Assembly (NCBI RefSeq): GCF_009914755.1
Contig: NC_060947.1
Strand: one strand, 5' to 3'
DNA: 64,000 bases
Origin: the human T2T-CHM13v2.0 reference genome, Homo sapiens
Under the pieces are notes generated by a model. The model saw only the letters and a list, made by a program, of their open reading frames with translations, was not told where the DNA came from and did not search any database. How positions within the stretch are numbered: position 1 is the stretch's first letter; each line of letters opens with the position of its first letter. Below, piece after piece: positions 49,401 to 64,000 of the stretch. The translations under genes and the position numbers were made by a program.

Positions 49401-50319
49401 TGATTGTCGGCTTCTGTGTTGTTTGGATGTTATATAATGTTGGAATATTCATGTACATCCTTTGAAAAAGCCAAGAGAAAGGGGCCAGTAGAGAGTGAGA
49501 GGTTGAAAATAGGAAAGAGGTAATAATAGGTTGAGTATGGCTAGTGAGGAGACCTGTACATGAATGGGCTCTACAATGCACATGGAGGAATTACACCTAG
49601 ATTGGAAGAGGGATATCTTTCATTGTAACAGTAGAAAAGGATGGCTGTGAATATGTTTCTAGTTTGGTAGTAGGAAGTTGGTTTCCATCTGGAGACTTCT
49701 ATCTTATCTTTGGGGCAGCTGAGTAGTTGGAGTTTTGAGGAAAATGAAGAAGATTGAGAAGTATCATTTGGGAAAATGAGAGAGTGAGTTGAAAATATGA
49801 CAGGAATCCCCAGAAATATTGAAGGTCCACTTGACGTTGGTGACTACGAATTCAGAGTGGTAACAACCTGTTCATCTATGTGACTTTCTCTTGCAGTGCT
49901 TAACACCCCTGGGGGTAGGAGTGAGAAGAAAGGCTGTGAACCAGATGCCAGCATCTTTGATGAATGAGTACAGGAGAGCAAAGAGGTGGAGTCAAGGTGT
50001 AACCAAATATCATGAAACTCAGAGGAAGAAGGATCAGGGGGTTTTGCCTGAGGGTGGAGGAGGAATGGTTTGAAAGGTGCAGTGTGGTTGGAAGAGGATA
50101 CCCACCTTACCTCCTCCATATGCAGTACATGCGATGTGTTGGTATAGATCACTTTCACTGGAAAGGGCTGTAAAGGAAGCTCCATCCTCATGGGAAACCC
50201 AGGAACGTGGATATTCGGGGATGAGTTTGTGGATGGCAGAAGAGTTTGTTAATCATGGAATAGTGTTCCAGGAGGCACAGCCGAAGCATGTAAGGAGTGA
50301 AGGTAGAAGTGGGAGGTCA

Positions 50320-50624
<305 letters not shown>

Positions 50625-52203
50625 GTGGAAGGTCAGGTTCAGGGAGAAGAAGCACAGAGCAATATGGGAATGCAGTTAGAGGATAAGAACAACAATAATA
50701 ATAAAACATAACAATAATAATAATAATCTAACAGGGCTTTGCATAGATTATTTCATTTAATCCTCATAAAACCTCATGAAGAGTAGACCTTAATTTTACA
50801 GATGAGAAGACAAGCACAGAGCTCAAGTGATTTGCCCAAGGTCACAAAGCAGGTATGTCAAACTGGATGCTTACATGTTGAATGATGACAGAGGAAAACA
50901 GGGATGTAAATGAGGTATGGTGGGTTTGGCTCATCACAAATTTGGTTAGATGGTTAGTCCTGCTATTTTGTGATAAACGGGGGCTCTCAGGTCTCCCCAA
51001 ATTTAGCTGTATTTGGACCTGGAGGCAGGAGTTGCTGTTTTATTGGTGTTCCTTACATTGCTAGGTGTGGAAGGATCCAGGCAGTGGCATGACCAGTATA
51101 TTTTCTCACCTGTGCTCTGCAGAGCAATTGGTGGTAGCGGCAGTGGTGTGGTTCTTAGATGCGTCTTGCCCTAGTTGGATATATAAGGCCAGGCTGCAGC
51201 TGCCTCTAAGGTATAAGGCTGAGAGGCAGTTTGTGGGAAATGGGAACCTACTGGAGGACTTCACAGGCTGTAGATTCTGAGAGATGTGAGGCCCAGCAGG
51301 GGTCTGGCAGTAGCCCAATTCTTTCTTGCAGTGAAAGCATCTCCTCCAGTGTTCAAAGCTTTGGCCTAGCTCCTAAAGAAACCTTTCTTTACTGAAAGGT
51401 TTGGGTGCCATGCTTGGTGCTCAAGGAAATTTGTAAAAAAGAACAGGAGGCCTTATTGCAAACTTCCTTGGGCAGCATTTTAGAGCCTTGTGTCAAGATG
51501 ACCCTATAAAATCCTTTCAGGATTCTAAGAAGGTAAACACAATTGTTGAATATTTAATGCTTATTACAGCTACATTACTTATTTTAGTATAATGTATGAT
51601 AGACTTGGGTTTTCTGTGTCCTGTGCTACATGTACCTCAAGGACCCTTGTAAGATAAATTTCACAGAACATTTATGCACAAGTTACAGGACAGAGAAAAT
51701 GTATGTCTAAAACATAAAGGTCCTTTATTACATGACTAAATGAAGTTCATTGTTTTAATTTTTGAAGAAGTTTATTTTGAAGCATTTCTTTTTTAATGAC
51801 ATATGGTTAGTTGTAGCAAGTATTTATTTGAAGACAAGTTATTTGTCAGGAGCAAACCCTCAATTACAGCCTTGGAAAAACAGAATCCACTTTATGATGA
51901 TACCATTTACAACACAATATCCAGAAATGCATTGCAGTGAAAAGTGGGCCCTGCTTATGTACCTGTATAGATGGGTTATGAATGAAGGTACTTATGCACA
52001 CGTACAGATCTGAATAGCACGTTAATACTAATGACCAAACGTGGTATTTGTCATCATTCAGATTTAGTTTCTGTGATTGTCAGAGTGTATGAAAGTAGAT
52101 TAAAATATATATGTACATGTGGTTATATATCAATTCCCATGCATGTAAGATCCATCATAACTTAGATAGCATATGTGTAATTTTTATAAAATTAAAATTT
52201 ATG

Positions 52204-52847
<644 letters not shown>

Positions 52848-52892
52848 GTTAACTCTTACTATTATTTCTAGCACCACAGATTTTCAGTGTAA

Positions 52893-53500
<608 letters not shown>

Positions 53501-56500
53501 TATTGCTGTTTATAATGTATTTATTGTTAAATGGCAGGCTCCCAGGGTGATTTGAGAGTTGCCAGGAGAGGAAGGCCATTTGGCAAGAATCCTGACAGAC
53601 AAAAGCTGGAGGAGGGTAGAGCAAGATGGCAGAATAGAAAGCGCCACCGATCATACTCCGCCCCCACAAGGACACCAAGTTAACTACCTACACAGAAGAA
53701 ATACCTTCATAAGAATCAAAAATCAGGTGAGCCCTCATGTTCATACTGCTAAAAGAGGCACTGAAGAGATTAAAAAACAGCTTGGAATTGCCTACACCAC
53801 CTCTCCCCACCCCCGGCAGCAATGGCGTGGTGGGGAGAGCATCTCTGGGTGCTGGGGGAGGGAGAACACAGCAATTGTGAGGCACTGAACTCAGTGCTGT
53901 CCTGTTAGAGCAGAAAGGAAACCCAGACCAAACTCAGCTGATGCCTGCCCTTGGAGGGAGCATTTCAAGTAGCCCTAGCCAGAGGGGAATCACCAGTCTC
54001 GGTGTTTGGAACTTGAGTTTTCACAAACCTCACCAGTGAGAACTATAGCACTCTGCGTCTCCAAGTAAACTTAAAGAACATTCTAGGCCATTAGGACTGC
54101 AACTTGTCGTGAGTCCTAGTGTTGAATTAAGCCCAGAGACAGTGGACTGTGGGGGCATGCGCCATACTGAGACACCAGCTGCAGTGGCTAAGGGAGTGCT
54201 GGCATCACCCCTCCCCCAATCCTAGGCTGCATGGTTTGTGGCTCCAAAAGAGACCCCTTCTTTCCACTTGAGGAGAGGAGAGGGAAGAGTGGGTAGGACT
54301 TGTGTCTTGCATCTAGGATAACAGCTTAGCCACGGCAGGATAGGGCACTGGTCAGAGTTGTGAGGTCCCTGTTCCAGGTTCTACCTCCCAGATGACATTT
54401 CTAGACACACCCTGGGCCAGAAGAGAACCCACTTCCTTGAAGGAAAGGATCCAGTCCTGGCAGCATTCATCGCCTGCTAACTGAAGATCCCTTGGGCCTT
54501 GAATACCAACAGCAATACCCAGGTACTACATCGAAGTCTTTGGGTGAACCTCTGAGACTTCCTGGCTTTAGGTGAGACTCAGCACATTACCAGCTGTGGT
54601 GGCTATGGGACAAAACTCCTTTTGCTTGAGAAAAGCAGAGGGAAAAGTAAAGGGGACTTTGTGTTGTACCTTACACACTGCCACAGGGGGTAGAGCACCA
54701 AGTGGGCTCTTGGGATCCCCAATTCTAGGACTTGATTCTTGGATGGTATTTCTGGACCTGCCCTGGGCCAGAGGGAAGCCCACTGGCCTGAAGGGTGAAT
54801 CCCAGGCCAGGCAGCATGCATGACAAGCTGACTTAAGAGACGTTGGGCTTTAAGGTAACATCTGCCATAATCTGGCAGTACTCCTTGTGGCCTGGGGTGG
54901 CAATGGCTATGGGGTGAACCTCCTCTCCCTTTGGAAAGGGTAGAGAAGAGTGGGAAGGACTGAATGGTGTGGTTTGAGTGCTGGCTCAGCTACAATACAA
55001 TAGAACACCAGGTAAACATCTAAGGTTTTTGACTCTAGTCCCTGACTCCCAGATGGAACTTCTGGACCCACCTGGGGCTTTGGGGACCTCACTGCCCTGA
55101 AGGGAAGGACACAGGCTTGGCTGGCTTTGCCACCTGCTGATTGTGGAGCCCCAGGACCTTGAGCGAACATAGGCAGTAGCCAGGGACAGGTTACAATAGG
55201 ACTTGGGTGAGACCCAGCGCTGTGCTAGCTTCAGGTCTGACCCAGTGCAGTCATAGTGGTGGTGGCCACAGGGGTGCTTGTGTCACCCCACCCCAAATTT
55301 AGGTGGCTCAGAACAGAGAGACTATGTTTGGGAGAAAGTAAGCGAAGGGAACAAGATTCTCTGCCTGGTAATGCAGAGAATTCTCCCAGATCTTGTCCAA
55401 GACCATCGAGGCAGTACCCCTATGAGTCTGCAAGAACCACAAAGAAATTTAAGGTACCACAGAGAAGGAATTCAGAATTCTATCAGATAAATTTTAAAAA
55501 GAGACTGAAATAATTTGAAAGCATCGAGCTGAAATTCTGGAGCTAAAAAAATCCAATTGGCATACTACAGAATGCATCACAGTCCTTTAATAGCAGAATT
55601 GATCAAGCAGACAAAAAAATTAGTGAGCTTGAAGACAGGCTAATTGAAAATACACAGTTAGAGGAGACAAAAGAAGAAATAAAAAACAAGGAAGCATACC
55701 TACAGGATCTAGAACATAGCCTCAAAAGAGCAAATCTAAGAGTTATTGGCCTTAAGGAGGAGGTAGAGAAAGATATAGGGGTAGAAAGTTTATTTAGCGG
55801 GATGATAACAAGAGAACTTGCCAAACCTAGAGAAAGATATCAATACCCAAGTACAAGAAGGTTGTGGAACACCAAACAGATTTAACCCAAAGAAGACTAC
55901 CTCAAGGCATTTAATAATCAAACTCCCAAAGGTCATGGATAAAGAAAGGATCCTAAAAACAGCAAGATAAAAGAAACAAATAACATTGAATGGAGCTTCA
56001 ATACATCTGGCAGCAGTGGAAACCTTACAGATTAGGAGAGTGGTGTGACATATTTAGAGTGCTGAAGGAAAAACACTGTAACCCTAGAATAGTATATTTG
56101 ATGAAAATATCCTTCAAACATGAAGGAGAAATAAAGACTTTCCCAGGCAAACAAAAGCTGAGGGATTTCATCAACACCAGACCTGTCCTACAAGAAATGC
56201 TAAAGGGAGTACTTCAATCAGGAAGAAAAGGGCATTAATGAGCAATAATCACCTGAAGGTACAAAACTGACTGGTAATAGTACACAGAAAAACACAGAAT
56301 ATTATAACACTGTAACTGTGGTGTGTAAACTATTCTTATACTAGGTAGAAAGACAAAATGATGAACCAATCAAAAATAACAACTACAAAAACTCATCAAG
56401 ACATAGTCAATACAATAAGAGGTAAATAGAAACAATAAAAAGTTAAAAAGCGGTGGGGATGAAGTTAACGTGTAGAGTTTTTATTAGTTTTTTTTTTTTT

Positions 56501-58315
56501 TGCTTGTTTGTTCCTTTATGTGTATAGTGTCAACTTGTTATCAGGTTAAAATAATGGGTTATAAGTTATTATTTGCAAGCCTCATGGTAACCTCAAACTG
56601 AAGAACATACAATGGATAAAAAAACATAGAAAGACATTATGTCATATCACCAGAGAAAATCACCTTCACTAGAGGAATACAGGAATGAAACAAGGAAGAG
56701 TAGACCACAAAACAATCAGAGAACAAATAACAAAATGGCAGGAATAAGTCCTTACTTATCAATAATAACATTGAATGTAAATAGGCTAAATTCTCCAATC
56801 AAAAGACATAGAGTAGCTGAATGGATGAATAAACAAGACCCATTGATCTGTTGCTACAAGAAACACACTTCATCTATAAAAACACACATGGACTGAAAAT
56901 AAAGGAATGGAAAAAGATGTTCCATGCTAATGGAAACCAAAAAAGAGCAGGATTTGCCATACTTACATCAGTCAAAATAGATTTCAAGATAAGAACCAGA
57001 AGAAGAGACAAAGAAGGTCACCGTGTAGTGACAAAGGGGTCAATTCAGCAAGAAGATATAACAATTCTAAATATATATGCACCCAACACTGGAGCACCCA
57101 GACATATAAATCAAATATTATTAGAGCTAAAGAAAGAGATAGGTCCCAAAACAATAATAGCTGGAGACCTCAACACCCCATTTTCAGCATTGGACAGACC
57201 TTTCAGACAGAAAATCAACAAAGAATCATCAAACTTAATCTGCACTGTAGACCAAATGGGTCTAATAGATATTTACAGAACATGTCATTTAAGAGCTGCA
57301 GAATACACATTCTTTTCCTGAGCACATGGATAATTCTCAAGGATAGACTATATCTTAGGTTACAAAACAAGTCTTAAAAAATTCAAAAATTGAAATAATA
57401 TCAAGCATCTTCTTTGACCACAATGGAATAAGACTAGAAATTAATAACAAGGGGAATTTTGGAAACTATACAAACACAGGGAAATTAAACAATATGCTCT
57501 TGAATGACCACTGGATCAGTGAAGAAGTTAAGAAGGAAACTGAAAAATGTCTGGAAACAAATGATAATGGAAACACAACCTATCAAATCCCATGAGATAC
57601 AGCAAAAGCAGTACTCAGAGGAAAGTTTATAGCTCTAAGTGCCTACATCCAAAAAAGAAGAAAAACTCCAAATAAATAATCTAATGATGCATCTTAAAGA
57701 ACTAGAAAAGCAAGAGCAAATCAAACCTAAAATTAGTAGAAGAAAAGAAATAGTGAAGTTCAGAGCAGAAATAAATGAAATTGAGATGAAGAGAACAATA
57801 CAAAAGATCAATGAAACAAAAAGATATTTTTTGAAAAGTTAAAGAAAATTGACAAACATTTAGCCTGATTAACTAAGAAAAAAAGAGAGAAGATCCAAAT
57901 AAAACCAGAAATGAAAAAGGAGGTATTAAAACTGATACTACAGAAATTCAAAGGATCATTAGAGGCTACTATGAGCAACTATATGCCAATGAATTGGAAA
58001 ATCTGGAAGAAATGGCCAAATTCCTAGACACACACAGCCTACTAAGATTGAATCAGGAAGAAATCCAAAACCTGAACAGCACAAAAGCAAGTAATGAGAT
58101 CAAAGCTGTAATAAAAAGTCTCCCAGTAAAGAAAAGCCCAGGACCCAAAGGCTTCATTGCTGAATTCTACCAAACATTTAAAGAAGAACTAATACTGATC
58201 CTACTCAAACCATTCCAAAAAATAGAGGAGGAGGGAATACTTCTAAATTCACTCTATGAGACTGGCATTACTCTGATACCAAAACCAGACAAAGACACAA
58301 TAAAAGAAAACCACA

Positions 58316-58951
<636 letters not shown>

Positions 58952-59673
58952 CTAAATTCAACAATACATTAGAAAGATCATTCATCATGACCAACTGGGA
59001 TTTATCCCTGGGATTCAAGGATGGCTCAATATACACAAACCAATCAATGTGATACAGCCTGTCAACAGAATGAAGGATAAAAACCTTCAGTTTCAGTTTG
59101 AAATAAAAACCTTTCATTTCAGTTGATGCTGAAAAAGCATTTGATAAAATTCAACATTTCCTCATGATAGAAACCCTCAATATCCGGGGATAGAAAAAAC
59201 ATACCTTAACATAACAAAAGTCATATACGATAGACCTGCACCTAGTATTATACTGAAGGGGGAAAAACTTAAAGCCTTTCCTCTAAGATCCAGAACATGA
59301 CAGGATGCCCACTGTCATCACTGTTATTCTGAAAGTGCTAGTTAGAGCAGTCAGACAAGAGAGAGATACAAAGGGCATCCAATTTGGAAAAGAAGAAGTC
59401 AAATTATCCTTGTTCGTTGATGATATGATCTTATATTTAGAATAAACTAGACTCCATGAGAAAACTATTAGAACTGATAAATTCATTAGAATTGTAGGAT
59501 ACACAATCAAAATGCAAAAATTAGTAGCATTTCTATATGCCAACAGTGAACAATCTGAAAAAGAAATTTAAAAAATAATCTCATTTACAATAGCCACATG
59601 TAAAATTAAATACCTAGGAATTGACTGAACTATAAGAAGTGAAAGGTCTCTATAATGAAAAGTAAAATACACT

Positions 59674-59956
59674 GGCCGGGCACGGTGGCTCACACCTATA
59701 ATCTGAGCACATTGGGAGTCCAAGGTGGGCAGATCACTAGGTCAGGAGTTTGAGACCAGCCTGGCCAATATGGTGAAACACCATCTCTATTAAAAATACA
59801 AAAAAAAAATTAGCTGGGCATGGTGGCACACGCCTGTAATCCTAGCTACTCAGGAGGCTGAGGCAGGAGAATTTCTTGAACCCGGGAAGCAGAGGGTGCA
59901 GGGAGCTTAGATCGCGCCACTGCACTCCAGCCTGGGCAACAGAGCGAGACTCTCTC
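59674..59956 (+). mobile_element. Tailless Alu nested in L1 ORF2
   Basis: Alu body with no A-tail or TSD. Confidence 0.88.
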
Positions 59957-61097
59957 TTGACATATAAAAAAGTCAATTCAAAATGGATTAAAGACTTAAA
60001 TCTAAGACCTCAAACCATGAAACTACTGCAAGAAAACATTGGGGAAAATCTCCACAACATTGGTCTGGGCAACGACTTCTTGAGCAATACCCAACAAGTA
60101 CAGACAACCAAAGCAAACATGGGCAAACTGCATTGCATAAAGTTAAAAAGCTTCTGCACAGCAAAGGATACAATCACCAAAGTGAAAAGACAACCCATGG
60201 AATGGGAGAAAATATTTGCAAACTACCCATCTGACCAGTGATTAACAACCAGAATATATAAGGAGTTCAAACAACTCTATAGGAAAAAATCTAATAATAC
60301 AATCAAGAAATTGGCAAAATATTTGAATAGACATTTCTCAAAAGATGACACACAAATGGCAAACAGGCAAAAGAAAAGTTGCTCAGCATCATTGGTCATG
60401 AGAGAAATGCAAATCAAAACTACAAGATATCATCTCACCCCAGTTAAAATGGCTTATATCCAAAGACAGGTAATAACAAATGCTGGTGAAGATGTGGACA
60501 AAAGGGAACACTTGTACACTGTTGGTGGGAATGTAAATTAGTACAACCACTATGGAGCACAGTTTGGAGGTTCCTCAGAAAGCTAAAAATTGAGCTACCA
60601 TATGATCCAGCAATCCTACTCCTGGGTATCTACCCAAAAAGAAAGGAAATGAGTATATCAGAGAAATATCTGCACTCCTATGTTTCTTACAGCGGTGTTT
60701 ACAACAGCTAAGATTTGGAAGTAACCTAAGTGTCCATCAACAGATGTTTGGATAAAGAAAATGTGGTACAGATACACAATGGAGTACTATTCAGCCATAA
60801 AAAAATGAGATCCTGTCATTTGCAATCACATGGATGGAACTGGAGTTGACTATGTTAAGTGAAATAACCCAGGCCCTGAAAGACTAACGTCACATGTTCT
60901 CACTTATTTGTGGGATCTAAAAATCAAATCAATTGAACTCATGGACACACAGAATAGAAGGATGGTTACCAGGTGCTGGGAAGGATAGTGGGGGGTTGGG
61001 TAGTGGGGGGTTGGGTAGTGGAGGTGGGGTTGGCTAATAGGTATTAAAAACAGAAAGAATGACTAAGACCTTCTATGTGATAGCAAAATAGGGTGAC

Positions 61098-61467
61098 TTA
61101 CATGGTTTGGATGTGTCCCCCCCAAATCTCATCTTGAATTGTAATCTGCATAATCCCCACATGTCTGGGGAGAGACCTGGTGGGAGGTGATTGGATCATG
61201 GGGGTGGCTTTCTGCATGCTGTTCTTGTGATAGTGAGTGAGTGCTCACGAGATCTAATAGTTTTATAAGGGGCTCTTCACCCTTTGCTCCACACACTTCT
61301 TTCTCCTGCCACCTTGTGAAGAAGGATGTGTTTGCTTCCCCTTCTGCCATGATTGTAAGTTTCCTGAGCCCTCTCCAGCCATGCAGAACTGTGAGTCAAT
61401 TAAACTTCTTTACTTTATAAATTACACAGACTCAGGTATTCTAGCAGTGTGAGAATGAACTAGTACT
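61098..61467 (+). mobile_element. THE1-type MaLR solo LTR nested in the L1 3'UTR
   Basis: ATGGTTTGG..GTGTCCCC..CAAATCTCATCTTGAATTGT...CTGCCATGATTGTAAGTTTCCTGAG...GAGTCAATTAAAC. Perfect 5-bp TSD gtgac. Confidence 0.9.
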
Positions 61468-62183
61468 GTGACTATAGTCAATAATAACCTAATTGTATAT
61501 TTTAAAATAAGTTAAAGAGCATAATTGAATTGTTTGTAACTCAAAGGATAAATACTTGAGGGGATGGACGCCCCGTTTTCTATGATGTGCTTATTTCACA
61601 TTGCATGCCTGTACATCTCATATACCCCATAAATTTATACACCTACTAGGTACCCATAAAAATTAAAAAAAAATAATCCTGCCAGTGTGGCAGTCACCAC
61701 AGCTTGGGGTCTGGACATCAGTTTCACATGTTCATAATGTCAATATTCTAAATGTTGCAGAGTTGATGGATGCTGGGAATGTGGATTCTCACTAAGGATG
61801 TTCACAAGAGAGTGTTGTATAAACCAGAATGCCAATTTATTAATTTACAAATGCAAACATAATTGTTCATGCAGATTTGATTGGAACGTAGCTAATTCTT
61901 TCCCTGTGGGCAGATCTTCATGGGAAGCCAAATTATAATCAGAATATTGTTCATACCATAGAATTAAGACAAGGTGTTAGTTGGATCATTTAAATGCATA
62001 GTACTGTTTGCTATAATTGCTCTAATGGCCCGTCTCCTCAATATGGACTAGAGTATTTACTCCCTGGGGAGACTGGTGTATTTGTTTTGGATGTCAGTGC
62101 CTACCCACCCCACCTCCTGCGTAGGGCCTTTTCAGGTTTTTAAATTTTTCCATGATTTCTTGGCTGATCAAAACCCTTGATTA

Positions 62184-62930
<747 letters not shown>

Positions 62931-62949
62931 AAACTTTGGGAGCATCGTA

Positions 62950-63150
62950 CGGTTGCCAGTGAATAAGGTTATAAGATAAAAAACAGGATGCTCAATTAAA
63001 TTCAGCTAAACAAGCGCTGTATATTTTTAGTGTAAGTATATCCAAAATATTAATGAGGTATACTTACACTAAAACAAATATTCATTGTTTACCTGAAATG
63101 CAAATTTAAATAGGCATCCTGTATTTTCATTTGCTAAACCTGGCAATCCT
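62950..63150. mobile_element. MER53-like palindromic hAT MITE
   Basis: Termini GGTTGCCAG / CTGGCAATC. Internal inverted arms AAAAACAGGATGC / GCATCCTGTATTT and TTTTAGTGTAAGTATA / TATACTTACACTAAAA. Confidence 0.8.
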
Positions 63151-63199
63151 ACCAGCACTTTAACATGAAGCCATGAGGGTTGCCTGGATTCATGCTGGT

Positions 63200-63690
63200 A
63201 GGTAAGCACCAATCCATTCGGTTGCCTCAGACAGGACAGAAACCATTCCCTCTAAAAAAATCGTTTACTTTGACGATAGGTAGCAACGAAGCACGGAAGA
63301 ATCTTGACCCTTTGAGGAACCCGTAACTGACGCAAGTGCCATAAATGCTACTTTGATTGATTCTCCGCCCCCTCCATTCTTCTCTTCCTGCAATTGCTCT
63401 ATCACTTCTTCCCTCTCAAGTCCCGCCCTTTCAGCTACCTCCAACTGCTGAGGAACCGGTTGCCTAAAAGGAGCCGGCAAAAGCGCCTACGTGGAGTCCA
63501 GAGGAGCGGAAGTAGTCAGATTTGACTGAGAGCCGTAAAGCGCGGCTGGCTCTCGTTTTCCGGATAACGACTACAGCTCCGACTGTCAGTGCCGGCCTTC
63601 CTCGTGTGAGGGGATCTGCCGGACCCCTGCAAATTCAATTTCTTTCCCATTCCGGGCCCTTCCCTATCGTCGCCCCCTTCACCTTGGATC
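63200..63690 (+). promoter_or_regulatory. MCTS1: MCTS1 CpG-rich promoter and 5'UTR
   Basis: CpG-rich, CGGAAGT (ETS) near 63507, CCGCCC GC boxes, TGACG half-sites, repeated GTTGCC/GTTGCT (RFX half-sites). Confidence 0.75.
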
Positions 63691-63701
63691 ATGTTCAAGA
63701 A
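63691..63701 (+). CDS. MCTS1: MCTS1 first coding exon MFK(K); 5'UTR from about 63500
   Basis: gatc ATG TTC AAG AA|gtaagg at the end of an ATG-free CpG-rich leader. MFKK start and head-to-head position with CUL4B match my recall of MCTS1. Only 11 coding nt are visible. Confidence 0.8.
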
Positions 63702-64000
63702 GTAAGGACATGCTGTGGCCTCCATCGGCTGCTCACAAAGGCGGTGGGGTGGGGGTGGGGAAGAGGGCGAGAGCTAAGATCCTCTTTCTCTCTCCCCCGC
63801 CCCTGCCATCCTGACTCCCTAAGGTTTTCTATAGTACTATGCTCTCACTCCCAACTTGAACACTTCTTTAAGCTTTCCATCCGTAGTCCTTAATTGGGTT
63901 TCAGTCCCTCCACTCCCATTGTTTTTTCTCCTTACCCCTCTTTCTCTTTTGCCCCCTCCCCCAATTCTGTCTCCATTCCTAGGGTTCTACCAATCACATC

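Noticed and set aside
51762-52013. 83-aa + strand ORF with possible ag/gt boundaries in unique sequence
   Set aside because: No recognisable homology, weak donor and no partner exons.
63265-63893. ORFs across the MCTS1 promoter (63265..63480 -, 63516..63725 -, 63522..63893 +)
   Set aside because: Mostly near-cognate starts in GC-rich sequence with no recognisable homology. The + ORF runs through the donor at 63702 out of frame with MFKK.

Overview
Primate, almost certainly human, genomic DNA matching Xq24. The minus strand carries the 5' half of CUL4B (cullin-4B). I reconstructed nine shared coding exons (17502 down to 1066) with consistent splice phases. Four alternative first coding segments, all phase 1, feed them: MMSQ... 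at 34085, MKSV... at 20862, MFPT... at 20101 and MIDP... at 19263. One intron (6081-6599) is a minor-spliceosome (U12) intron with unusual AT-AG ends. The right end holds the promoter and first exon of MCTS1 on the + strand, divergent from CUL4B. The rest is repeat-dense: about 45 Alu/FLAM pieces, a near full-length L1MA-type LINE with nested insertions, L2/MIR, MaLR/ERVL LTRs, DNA-transposon MITEs, a U13 snoRNA retrocopy and a ~247-bp interrupted GAA tract. No new biological system can be demonstrated from the sequence alone. The best lead is a 170-nt frameshifted CUL4B exon whose inclusion would make a uORF ending in an AUGA stop-start on a real CUL4B start codon. Gene and repeat-family names come from recall, not a database search, and repeat boundaries are approximate.
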